Assembly: GCA_951406725.2 (NCBI GenBank)
Contig: CATOCA020000001.1
Span: 6,200,001-6,264,000 of the forward strand
Direction: 5' to 3'
DNA length: 64,000 nucleotides
Origin: Octopus vulgaris
Lineage: Eukaryota
The notes under the pieces are model-generated. The model did no database searches. It was given only the letters and a program-made list of their open reading frames with translations, and had not been told where the DNA came from. Made by a program: the position numbers and the translations under genes. Below, piece by piece: positions 1 to 11,310 of the stretch (within the stretch, counting starts at the first letter, position 1; each line of letters opens with the position of its first letter).

Positions 1-486
1 CCATCTCAAATTACAAGTGGGGTCTTTTTTAAGAACACATTTCAGGTTCGAGGGAGTGGTTAAGAATGTTAGTAGTACAAAAAATCGGGTCGGTATTTTT
101 CTTAGTATTTGACTTTTGTTAATTATTGTTTGAAGCCGAGAAGGGTCAAATGAGAGTAGAGACGGTTGAAAAGCAAAAATTTGAAGAAATTTGTGATGTG
201 TGTTGGAGAGATTTAGGAGGCTGAGAGGAGGAGGAAAAATCGATTGATCATAATACTTGGAATAAATTTGGGATGCGTGTTATATATATTTATATTTCTG
301 TGGGTATCTATATATATATATGCTGACTACTTAATGTTTTTAATACTGTGTATTAATGTAGGAGTTTATATGTATATATATTGTGCGTATATGTGTGTGT
401 GTTTGCATGTATGTATGTAAGAGCTTGTATGTATATATTATGTATTTGTAAATGCAATTTTGGATATTTCATATGTATTGCATATG

Positions 487-570
<84 letters not shown>

Positions 571-659
571 TACATATACACATACACACACACACACACA
601 CATATAAGCTATTTGGAATGTGTTCACTTGTCGATTGTCAGGTTGACCCTTGTTTTACA

Positions 660-1450
660 TTACAGCTTTGATTATTTTGAATTAGGGAAGTGCATGAATG
701 TCGGGCAGTATTTATGCTTACGATAAAAAATAACGTCAGAGAATTTAACAGTGAGGAGTTGTGGAGGCGAAGAATAGTTAATGACCCTTTTATACATAAC
801 ATACATTTACCTATATTTGTGTTGTAGAGGGGAGCTTCACATACTATGGACCACGATAGAGCGTGTTGGACATTGTTTTGAATTGAGGTTGTATATGTGT
901 GTTGCTAAAGATTGAAATAGTTTAGATTTGGGATTAGTGAAAGAATACATATGAGAACGACAACGGCATTCAAAATCCTCAGTGCCATTAATATACACCC
1001 TTGCCTGGTGGGTGCATGGGGTAATCACGTGGCACTTATAGATTACGCTTTTGAGGAGACAGGTGTCTGCATACCATATATTTCAGAAGCGCGACAGTTG
1101 CAAGTGGTTGGGGTTTACTATTAGTAATGTTGATGTTGGTTGGTTTGTTGTTTGTGGGGAGAATCTAAATTAGGATTTATATTAGTATCGGATTGGAGAG
1201 GTTGTAATGGAACTAATATTTGTCGTCTCGTAGACAGGGTTGTAGAATGTTGGCTTAAGATTAGTATTATACAATTGAGGTGGCTTATTAATGTTTGTAT
1301 TATTGTATTGTGAAGTTTAGCTTGGGATTTTGGGGAAAATTTTGGTTTTTATCCACACATAAAGCCTACCGGTGTTTTATAAAGACTTATGGAACCACGT
1401 GACCGCTGCTAGCTTTGTTGTTGTTGATGTGTAGGTATTTTCAAAATGTT
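660..1450 (-). mobile_element. Degenerate Penelope-like (Naiad-type) 3' fragment, GIY-YIG endonuclease
   Basis: Minus strand gives CNCR...VIYKCHV...ARVYINGTEDF..R...H..SF...LATHIYNL...WSIV.EA..YN....C.LC across frameshifts, paralleling the ORF at 25545-26177. Confidence 0.8.
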
Positions 1451-1499
1451 TTATTCTTCAACTTTGAGATGTATTGTTGATTTTTTTATTTTATCTTAC

Positions 1500-1811
1500 T
1501 ATAATCAGCAACAAACACCTTCCGTCAATATTAAATTCTTTATTGGATAAAAAAAAACATTATCAAAACATGAAGTTAAAACAAAACAAATGTGCTTTGT
1601 TTTCTTCCAGGCACAAATGTCCTGTAGCAATAGTCTTTCATCGACCGACATTTCCTCCAAAAAAATCAGTGGAATTATTCGATCTCCATACACAAATTAT
1701 TTTCCTCCTGGAACTATAAAAAAAGTTACACACATTAGGCGCACCTTTCTCTAAGCGGCACACTAAATTTCCCAGGTAAAAAATAGCGGCTTATACACCG
1801 GAAAATACGGT
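1500..1811. mobile_element. Terminal fragment of a non-autonomous Tc1/mariner (pogo/Tc2-like) DNA transposon; other copies end at 11676, 32782 and 42264
   Basis: Ends in GCGGCTTATACACCGGAAAATACGGT, the reverse complement of the ACCGTATTTTCCGGTGTATAAG terminus typical of this group. Only one end was seen; the left boundary is uncertain. Confidence 0.6.
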
Positions 1812-2229
1812 GTTTCTTTTTTTGTCATATTCATATCGACTTCCACTCCATAAACGTTACAGAAACACTTGACTGCGCATGCCTAAATGTCTACATTAAA
1901 GTATTTTCTAAGCTAAATTCTCTGCCAGATCTACAGGCTCATTAGGCCCCCAGTATATCTCGGTATCGAACGTATTTCAACACACAAGGATACAACACAC
2001 CGGATACCAGTCTGTCGCAATGTTAACCCCTGGTTAATGCTGGTGCTTTTCAGATGAGAGCACTGGAAGTGTCTTTCTCGTGGACACAACTTACCGAAAC
2101 AATAATCCATACGCCTATATGTGTGTGTGTGTGCGCTTATGTACATATCCGTGCGTATGTGGGTGTATTTTTGTATGCATGTACACACACACACACACAA
2201 TCTTTTATTCTTTTACTCTTTTGCTTATT

Positions 2230-2520
2230 TAAAGGTGAATTTCAAAGTCGTTATGCCAATCACATAATCCCCTTCCGACATAGGCCAAAAGTAAAGCTAC
2301 GAAACTGGCTAAGTTTGGAAGAAAACGAAACACCACATGTGACTGGATGGGAAGTAATTGAGAATCCATAACTTATGTGAATGGATCGAATAAATATAAA
2401 CATTGTTTAGCTGAAAGAGTGCATATCCTGTTCAGATCTAAGATGCTTAATTCTCTATTGGACTCTAGGTCGGGAATTTTCAGTCGTTGTCAAGTATAAA
2501 TATATTTTGAAGATCTGGAA
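2230..2520 (+). mobile_element. Second Penelope-like GIY-YIG C-terminal fragment; copies at ~12095-12385, 33200-33490, 42675-42960
   Basis: Reads GEFQSRYANH..FRHR...WEVI / TYVNGSNKYKHCLAERVHIL...LLDSRSGIFSRC, homologous to EGNFKTRFNNH..FRH...WKIL...PYTNGSGRCGLCEMER...LNTRTELFGSC in ORF 25545-26177. Confidence 0.78.
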
Positions 2521-2663
2521 AATTCCGTCTATTCTTGATTAGATTTTGGATATTTTATTAGCCTTATAATTCAAGGTCTAACAAGGAGAACTCTTAAATG
2601 CTGTTTTTACTTTTCCCTTTTCCCATTTTCGTTTTTGTGCTTTCGCTTTCCGATTTCCGGAAC

Positions 2664-3530
2664 ACTGGGCATGCTGTGGCAGACATGCACTGGGGCTGCG
2701 GCACCTCCAAACATTCTGCCTAAATGGTGAACAGGTGTGTTCATCGTTTGTCAAACAGGCTTTTCCACATCTCATCTCTCTCAGTAAGCTGCAGTCGTGG
2801 GTCAAGAAGAGACCGAGGATGGGTTACTGGCATCTGGAATGTTGCTAGGCACTCACTGTCCTCTACCAGGTGGGCAATGCGATCAGTGGAAAATCCACTC
2901 TGAAGTTCTATGGAGGGTTAGTGGAGGGAAAGTGCGATGAAGCACTTGGAGAGACGCTAGGTGTTGACAAAATTGAACTAACCAGTCTGTTGAGGAGGAC
3001 TTTCAAGACGGGGACGATGGATAACTTCTAGAAGTCCCTTGCTTTGCAGTGCTATCGGGGGGCACTGCCGGATCGAGATAAACTCTACAAGCACGGAATT
3101 GCTGTCTGATCGACCTACCCGAGAGGTGCGCAGAGCGATGAAAGCGTTCTGCACGCACTCGTCCAGTGTCCTTGCATTACTGACATGTGGAGATATGTTG
3201 AACAGCTGTTATCACGTGTAGGGTGGTTCTATCTATCGGCCGTGTCCGTAGTGAAGATCGATCAGCCGCTTTCCATCAGTCCGGAAGGTCAGGCAATTTA
3301 CTTCTGTCTAATAGCAGTAGCGAAAGAGGCTGTATTGTGGACCAGGTTAAACGGACTAAAGGCTGAGACTTTTCTCTATGGCCAATCACTCGTCAACTTT
3401 TTCTAAGTTTCTTTGGAAAGGAAGATGAGGGTGCAGAGTGAAGTGCTGCCTCCCAGTACATTTGCCAAAAGGTGGATGAACAGAGAAAATGGTACGTGTG
3501 AGTGGACCTACTCTAATAACACGCCTTTGA
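2664..3530 (+). mobile_element. Degenerate Tx1/L1-clade LINE ORF2 3' fragment; copies at ~12528-13395, 15872-16350, 33634-34465, 43100-43925
   Basis: Homologous to 37850-38700 (GEQVWSSFVKQAFP, CYRGALP.RDKLY, LSAES.V, YGQSLVNFFKF...RKMRV), with stops and frameshifts. Confidence 0.85.
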
Positions 3531-3750
3531 GCTAGTGAATTTGAGAGGGAGGAGAGTGCTCTTCCCAGAAGCTCTCGAAGCGTCGAGTGGTTCAGGATTG
3601 GGGTGGGGGTACCTGAGCCAACGCCAGGGGATTACCTGCACCTATTACGAACTTTCATTGTTATATTCTTTTGTCGGATATCATTGTTATTCTTTTAACT
3701 GTGTACTCGTTGTCTCTGCGTTAAATCCCCACTGTCCATGTCTACTGTAT

Positions 3751-3985
3751 CCTGTTTCTTTACTACCCACAAGGGGCTAAACACAAAGAGGACAAACAAG
3801 GACAGACAAACGGATTAAGTCGATTATATCGACCACAGTGCGTAACTGGTACTTCTTTAATCGACCCCGAAAGGATGAAAGGCAAAGTCGACCTCGGGGG
3901 AATTTGAACTCAGAAGGTAACGGCAGAAGAAATACCGCTAAGCATTTCGCTCGACGTACTGAAGATTCTGCCAGCTCTCACCGCC
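3751..3985 (-). mobile_element. tRNA-derived SINE with a Meta-like central domain; copies at ~13615-13847, 16570-16803, 34641-34875, 44140-44373, partial 24596-24664, diverged 56420-56618
   Basis: Minus strand has an A-box-like TGGCAGAATC, a B-box GAGTTCAAATTCC, then GTCGACTTTGCCTTTCATCCTTTCGGGGTCGAT..AGTACCAG, resembling the MetaSINE core. Confidence 0.8.
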
Positions 3986-4026
3986 TTTTCTACTGTATCT
4001 TCTCCGATATGCCGGCCCTATTGGCA

Positions 4027-4176
4027 AATAATAATAATAATAATAATAAAAATAATAATAATACTAAAAATAATAATAATGATGATAATGATAATAATAC
4101 TAATATTAATAATAATAGTAATAATAATAATAATAATTATCATTATTATTATAATAATTATTATTATAATAATAAT

Positions 4177-4216
<40 letters not shown>

Positions 4217-4247
4217 TTAATAATAATAATGATAATGATAATAATAC

Positions 4248-4284
<37 letters not shown>

Positions 4285-4332
4285 TTTTATTATTATTATT
4301 AGTATTATTATCATTATCATTATTATTATTAA

Positions 4333-4372
<40 letters not shown>

Positions 4373-4608
4373 AGTATTATTATTATTATTATTATTACTA
4401 TTATTATTATTATTATTCTATGTTTGACTTTTGCTTTATGTCCGTACAAGTTGGCTCCAAGTCTCACCCAGAGACCTCAAGAGACAACAGGTTGGAAGTT
4501 CTGTGCCATATATCTGGGTTTTATTTATTTTTTTTTTGGTGTTGTACTAGTGAATGTCTAATACATAAAAAAAAATAAATAAATAAATAAAAATATTATA
4601 TATTATTA

Positions 4609-4694
<86 letters not shown>

Positions 4695-4695
4695 G
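4027..4695. repeat. (AAT)n followed by (ATT)n fold-back microsatellite; equivalents at 13893-14671, 16846-20376, 34917-35643, 44416-44705
   Basis: Directly visible; it is the source of the poly-I/N/Y ORFs. Confidence 0.95.
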
Positions 4696-5019
4696 GAATT
4701 TTTTTCCGGCTAAACTTTTCACTCACTTCTTTACAATAAAATTATGTCATTTAATGCAATCGTTAATGTGATATTCCCTTCAGTTTCATATTAAAGAAAA
4801 GCTTAGTCAGGGTTGTGTATCTAATTGCATCACACACACAGACACACACACTCACACTCACAATCGTACACATCAACTCTCCTCCTCTTCTTTCCCCTCT
4901 CTCTCTTCTATCACTCCCTCTCCCCACTCTCTCATTTTAACTCTACCACTTCCACCGCCAATCATCATAAACTGCTGACTGAAACTTTTCAAATCGAAAT
5001 AATATAATTAGAAATACAG

Positions 5020-5064
<45 letters not shown>

Positions 5065-5067
5065 ACT

Positions 5068-5201
5068 TTTAACTCTTTCACTTGTTTCAGTCATTTGACT
5101 GCGGCCATGCTGGAGCACCGCCTTTAGTCGAGCAAATCGACCCCGGGATTTATTATTTGTAAGCCCAGTACTTATTCTATCGGTCCATTTTGCCGAACCG
5201 C

Positions 5202-5203
<2 letters not shown>
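5068..5203 (-). mobile_element. 3' fragment of the major tRNA-SINE, within (AT)n; copy at 20728-20858
   Basis: Matches the 3' part of the SINE at 6752-6890 (CTTGTTTCAGTCATTTGACTGCGGCCATGCTGGAGCACCGCC). Confidence 0.8.
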
Positions 5204-5284
<81 letters not shown>

Positions 5285-5289
5285 GTGTG

Positions 5290-6370
5290 TCTTAGGATGT
5301 GGAATGTTCGTATCAGTTAACACGGACTGTGTCATCATAATACTGTCCACGAAGCGTTGATAGGAGCAAAGCTTATCCAAGAGAAGTCGGTGGGCCTGCA
5401 AATCGGCAGTTGGAGAGGCAGACCCATACCAACCGACAGTTTGTAGGGCGCTAGACGGAAAGACAGGTTAAACTGCTTGGGGTCTGGTCTGCTCTGTAGA
5501 CCTCGAGGTGGACAACAACGGGTGGGAGGTGACGAACAGGATAGTCGATCTCACCCAGAAATTGGCAGAGAGGAAGCTGTTCGTGAAGGGTCGAGTCGAG
5601 GTGGCGAATGCGTACATCGCTTCCGTCATCTATGACTGCCTGAATGTAGTCCCATGCCCGATAAAGTTAGAGCGTTTGTTATTCCGCTTTCTAAAGAAGG
5701 GACGTGTTCCGCTCATCAGACGGTCCATCTTCTGTCAACAACCTCTCAGTGGAGTACTGGACATGCCGTTGGTAATGATTCGCAGACATGCGCTGAGACT
5801 GCGACAGCTCCTTCGTTTCTTTAGCGGTGAGAATAGGGGATTGACTGTTTGTCAAACGGGACATTCTGCGGCTCGTCTCACTGAAGAAGCTACAGTACTG
5901 AGTCAAGCGTTGCCAAGAAAGGGCGCTTGGCACCTGGAGTGTCGGCAAGCTCTCACAGCTTTCTGCCAGTCGGGCAACGCGGGCGTTGATAGTTCCACCT
6001 TGGATTTCTATAGGGGATTAGTAGAGGGGAAAGAACAACGACGAAATCGGGGTAAATTCTGGGCGTTGGTGGAGGGAATCAACTAACTGGTCCTTAACTT
6101 CCAGAAATCCCTGGCCTGGCAGTGCTACCGGGGAGCTCTGCCCATTCAAGACAAGCTCTACAGATACGAAAGTGTTGTCGGACGGATATGTCGGGGGTGT
6201 GCGCAGGGCGATGAAATAGTCCTGCATGCACTCGTCCATCCAGTTTACGAGCCGAGTTCATTGTAAAGATCGCCCCGCCACCTTCTTTAGGCCGGGAAGG
6301 AAAAGCAGTTTCTTCTGCCCGGTGGCTAAACAAGTAGTGTGGTGGACGAGACTGAAAACATTAAAGACTA
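5290..6370 (+). mobile_element. Second degenerate Tx1/L1-clade ORF2 fragment; copies at ~20948-22028, 26480-27557, 45150-46232, partial 15113-15325 and 36010-36362
   Basis: ORF 5508-6086 (WEVTNRI..L..KL.VKGRVEVANAYIAS.I...KLERLLFRFL.KG..P) is homologous to 37600-38150; VKLLGVW lies upstream. Confidence 0.85.
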
Positions 6371-6751
6371 AACCTCCTTCACAATGAAATTATGTCATTT
6401 AATATTATCATTTAATATTATCATTAATATTCACTTCAGTTTTATATTAAAGAAACTCATAGGCATGGTTATGTATCTCATTGCATCACACACAAACACA
6501 CACATACACACACACACGCACACAGACACACACACAGATACTGGAAGACAATTAGTTTTTTTTTCAATTTCCTTTTTTATCTTTCACTTTTTGCAGAAGG
6601 CATCAAGAATACTGGAGACTTTCTCAGATACAAATACGTTAAACAGTTTAGAGGCCCCTGCATGTTTTCCTCTCCCTCTTCCCCTCACTCCTATGAAAAT
6701 AGGACATCAAACTATTGAAGGTTTGGGTACAGATGAGCTCTCTCTCTCTCT

Positions 6752-7162
6752 TTTTACTCTTTTACTTGTTTCAGTGATTTGAATGTGGCCGTGCTGGAGC
6801 ACCGCCTTTTGTCGAGTAAATCGACCCAAGGACTTATTCATGTAAGCCTAGTACTTCTTCTATCGGTCTCTTTTGCCGAACCGCTAACTTACAGGGACAT
6901 AAACACACCAGCATCGGTTGTCAAGCGATGTTGGGGGGAAGGCGGGACAAACACTGACACACAAACACACACATAGAAATATATATATATGCATATATAC
7001 AACGGGCTTCTTTCAGTTTCCGTCTACTAAATCCACTCACAAGGCTTTAGTCGGCCCGAGGCTATAGTAGAAGACGCTCGCCCAAAGTGCCACGCAGTGG
7101 GATTGAACCCGGAACAATGTGGTTGGTAAGCAAGCTACTTACCACACAGCCACTCCCGCGCC
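6752..7162 (-). mobile_element. Full-length tRNA-derived SINE (octopus-type)
   Basis: Minus-strand head GGCGCGGGAGTGGCTGTGTGGTAAG (A box) ... GGTTCAATCCC (B box), an internal microsatellite, and a GAAACAAGTAAAAGAGTAAAA tail. Confidence 0.88.
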
Positions 7163-7247
7163 TATAGAAGTTTGGAATATAATTGTGTCCATTATTATAA
7201 TCGTTATATATCTCAGTGCATAACACACACACAGGCACACACAACAC

Positions 7248-7279
<32 letters not shown>

Positions 7280-7930
7280 ACACACACACCAGGACATATA
7301 CACTTGAAGACCCTTCACACCACAAAATCCTCGCCTGTCATCCTTCTTTCGTATAAAATATTGTTACTTTGATAACGAAAATTCTTTTCCCATAACTTTA
7401 AAGCTGCTAAAACCTTTAATTCCTCTTCAGAATTGTTATAATTTCTCTATCATATACTTTATTTCACAAACGTAATTTTCTGAAACGAACTATTGTTAAA
7501 TGAATTTGTATCGTTTGCTTCCATGTCAATCATTATATATACCATTTAAATTATTATCGTTATTGATAACTTGATTTTCTGAAGTGACACTAACGTTAAA
7601 TGAATCTATCGTCTGCTCAGAGGAAATATTTGGCTGCTATTTCTAGCACATCCAGCTTAAGCTTCAGAGATTCTTCAGGAAGAGAATGGTGGATGACAAT
7701 GTGAACACTGGAGGGTCTAACAATGAATTTAGAAATGTACTTCATTTTAATGTTGGCTTTTGACATTGTATTTGGGAAGAGATCGATGATCAATAGTTAT
7801 CGAGCAAAAGTGAGATGATTCTAAAGATGAAAAATCTATCGTCTGATCGTATAACAATATTTTAATCATTTCCGGTTAATGTCGCTTTTTAAACGATTTT
7901 ATGTTCCATAGCTACTAAATTTCTTTGACG

Positions 7931-7982
<52 letters not shown>

Positions 7983-8189
7983 TCTCTATAACACGCACGA
8001 TCAAACACACAGACACAAATTTCACACCTTACTACTAAGTGTATTTGACGTTTGTCTACCTCACACACACAATAACACATACACACACAGACACAAATGC
8101 AGTTATATACACACTCATACACATACACAATCACTCGCAATCATTAACACAAGCACACACCCGCACATCATCATACATACAGCATACAT

Positions 8190-8609
8190 ATTGTCCCCTA
8201 CCTATTTTTACTACTCCCTCCTTCTACCCATTTTTTAAGTCATTGCTTATAACGGATTATTTAAAAAAAACACTCATTGTCACTGTGGTCACCATGTAGG
8301 CAATCATCAAAAATTTTGTTCGTCTTGTGGCTGAAAGAGGCTCTTAATCTTTCCTGATGAGAAGATGGCATAATGCACCATTTATTCCTTCGGAATTAAA
8401 ATTATGCCGTCTTCGAAACATGTGTCGAGAGTAAAAACCTCGTTCGACTCCATTCTTTCATTTATTCATATAAATAACACAAATTTGCACACAAGAACCC
8501 GGAGTTTCTACCCTTGACAGGTCACTTCAACTGTGTTTTCCGACGTGAATTTGCTACCCAGGTATCGGTTAAACGAATTTTCCATGCTAGGATAATTCAT
8601 TCACCTACT

Positions 8610-8610
<1 letters not shown>
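8190..8610 (+). mobile_element. Penelope-like 3' end/pseudo-LTR remnant; copy at ~29370-29780
   Basis: SPCRQSSKILFVLW resembles the ORF end SCPHVTKFLLRFW at ~26120-26157. It is followed by a hammerhead and then (AT)n. Confidence 0.65.
8349..8431 (+). ncRNA. Type I minimal hammerhead ribozyme
   Basis: Stem I CTTTC/GAGAG; core CTGATGA (8354-8360); 14-bp stem II GAAGATGGCATAAT/ATTATGCCGTCTTC; GAAA (8415-8418); short stem III containing the palindrome ACATGT; GTC cleavage triplet ending at 8426. Confidence 0.88.
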
Positions 8611-8654
<44 letters not shown>

Positions 8655-9216
8655 CAAATACATGAATATATACGTTTATATAATTCTGATAACTGTGTGT
8701 GCGTGTTTATATATATATATATATATATCATATATACACACACACACACACACACACAGATATCACAATTTGTAAAATAGTACTTAGATTATTTCAAGTT
8801 AATTTCAGTTACGCGGATGTAAACAGTCTCATGCAGTTACGCATATACACACACACACATACATACACACATGCAACACCAGACAGTGACATAATTTTCA
8901 TTTCTCCATTTCTGCTGGAATGCTAATGTCGGGGAAGAAGGAGGGTATACTGAGTAAGTGAAGGGAATTAAAATGTATCAATCTCACCAAATCCTTAGTA
9001 CATGGTTATGTAGCTAATAGCATCACACAACACACACACACACACACACACACAAACCCTCTTTTTCTTCTTTCTCCCTCCCTCTCTCTCTCTCTTTCTA
9101 TCACTTTCTTTCCCCTCTCTCATTTACACTCTTCCACTATCAACGCCCATCTTTGACTGCTGACGCAAACTTTTCATATCGGATTCATATAATGAGAAAT
9201 AAAGACGCCAATCTAT

Positions 9217-9266
<50 letters not shown>

Positions 9267-9586
9267 GCATAATTGTGTGCTACTTCAATGAAAAAATGTA
9301 TGGTAAATAAACAAATGACGCAATATATATATATGCGCACAATATATATATATATAGATATATATAAACATTCACTACCTCTTACGAACAGAGACTAACA
9401 GCACTTTATTGGTAAGTTACGATTTTCATTATATTATATCGGCCTTCTATTGGCCATTGTCCAGTCTCCTCAACGGCATTAAGGATGGGATAAAAAGGTT
9501 CTCCACCCTTAAGACATCATTAATTTGGGTACCCAAATTACCTAAAATGTTTTTTATGCTTTTATTTTTACTTCAGTAATTTTCAG

Positions 9587-9797
9587 TTAACCCATTAGCA
9601 TTGGCACTGGCCACGTCGGGCCCAAATATTCTTCCTGTTTTCTGTTGAAACTGAACACATTAGCCCTTTCACAACCACCATGCAAAGTTATTCTAAAAGT
9701 AAGCAATCACATAATCAAAATCTCAAAGCTAGAAGATAACGTATGATTAATTGTAAACGATGTGAATAAATAAGTAATTCATCTGAATGTTTAGGAG
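9587..9797. mobile_element. Old piggyBac-like MITE; copies at ~30864-31076 and 40196-40405
   Basis: Begins TTAA-CCCATTAGCATT, with a degenerate inverted end AATGTTTAGGAG about 200 bp later. Confidence 0.45.
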
Positions 9798-10343
9798 TAT
9801 CCCCTTCTAGCTGGTACAATAATGAAACAGCAATTCCATCTCAAATTACGTGGGGTTTTTTAAGGACACATTTCAGGTTCGAGGGAGTGGTTAAGAATGT
9901 TAGTAGTACAAAAAATCGGGTCGGTATTTTTCTTAGTATTTGACTTTTGTTAATTATTGTTTGAAGCCGAGAAGGGTCAAATGAGAGTAGAGACGGTTGA
10001 AAAGCAAAAATTTGAAGAAATTTGTGATGTGTGTTGGAGAGATTTAGGAGGCTGAGAGGAGGATGAAAAATCGATTGATCATAATACTTGGAATAAATTT
10101 GGGATGCGTGTTATATATATTTATATTTCTGTAGGTATCTATATATATATGCTGACTACTTAATGTTTTTAATACTGTGTATTAATGTAGGAGTTTATAT
10201 GTATATATATTGTGCGTATATGTGTGTGTGTTTGCATGTATGTATGTAAGAGCTTGTATGTATATATTATGTATTTGTAAATGCAAGTTTGGATATTTCA
10301 GATTTATTGCATATGCTTATTATATATATATATAAATAAATAA

Positions 10344-10436
<93 letters not shown>

Positions 10437-10524
10437 CATATATGTATACATACACACACACACACATATTTGCTATTTGGAATGTGTTTACTTGTCGATT
10501 GTCAGGTTGACCCTTGTTTTACAT

Positions 10525-11310
10525 TACAGCTTTGATTATTTTGAATTAGGGAAGTGCATGAATGTCGGGCAGTATTTATGCTTACGATAAAAAATAACGT
10601 CAGAGAATTTAACAGTGAGGAGTTGTGGAGGCGAAGAATAGTTAATGACCCTTTTATACATAACATACATTTACCTATATTTGTGTTGTAGAGGGGAGCT
10701 TCACATACTATGGACCACGATAGAGCGTATTGGACATTGTTTTGAATTGAGGTTGTATATGTGTGTTGCTAAAGATTGAAATAGTTTAGATTTGGGAGTA
10801 GTGAAAGAATACATATGAGAACGACAACGGCATTCAAAATCCTCAGTGCCATTAATATACGCCCTTGCCTGATGGGTGCATAGGGTAATCACGTGGCACT
10901 TATAGATTACGCTTTTGAGGAGACAGGTGTCTGCATACCATATATTTCAGAAGCGCGACAGTTGCAAGTGGTTGGGGTTTACTATTAGTAATGTTGATGT
11001 TGGTTGGTTTGTTGTTAGTGGGGAGAATCTAAATTAGGATTTATATTAGTATCGGATTGAGAGGTTGTAATGGAACTAATATTTGTCGTCTCGTAGACAG
11101 GGTTGTAGAATGTTGGCTTAAGATTAGTATTATACAATTGAGGTGGCTTATTAATGTTTGTATTATTGTATTGTGAAGTTTAGCTTGGGATTTTGGGGAA
11201 AATTTTGGTTTTTATCCACACATAAAGCCTACCGGTGTTTTATAAAGACTTATGGAACCACGTGACCGCTGCTAGCTTTGTTGTTGTTGATGTGTATGTA
11301 TTTTCAAAAT
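10525..11310 (-). mobile_element. Penelope-like GIY-YIG fragment (array copy)
   Basis: Near-identical to 660-1450; ORF 10701-10892. Confidence 0.78.

Larger units (their letters stand above)
1..9835 (+). repeat. Complex ~9.8 kb tandem unit (macrosatellite/segmental duplication), copy 1; may start before the window
   Basis: The opening CCATCTCAAATT recurs at 9836, 31114 and 40445, each followed by the same ordered modules. Near-identical short ORFs recur (e.g. 1931-2200, 11796-12065, 32902-33165, 42384-42725). Confidence 0.93.

Noticed and set aside
381-726. ORFs rich in YI, HT, CV, poly-I or poly-N here and throughout the window
   Set aside because: They are translations of (AT)n, (AC)n and (AAT)n microsatellites, which lack stops in those frames.
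7085-7162. tRNA gene
   Set aside because: A and B boxes are present but continue into a SINE body; there is no cloverleaf or terminator.
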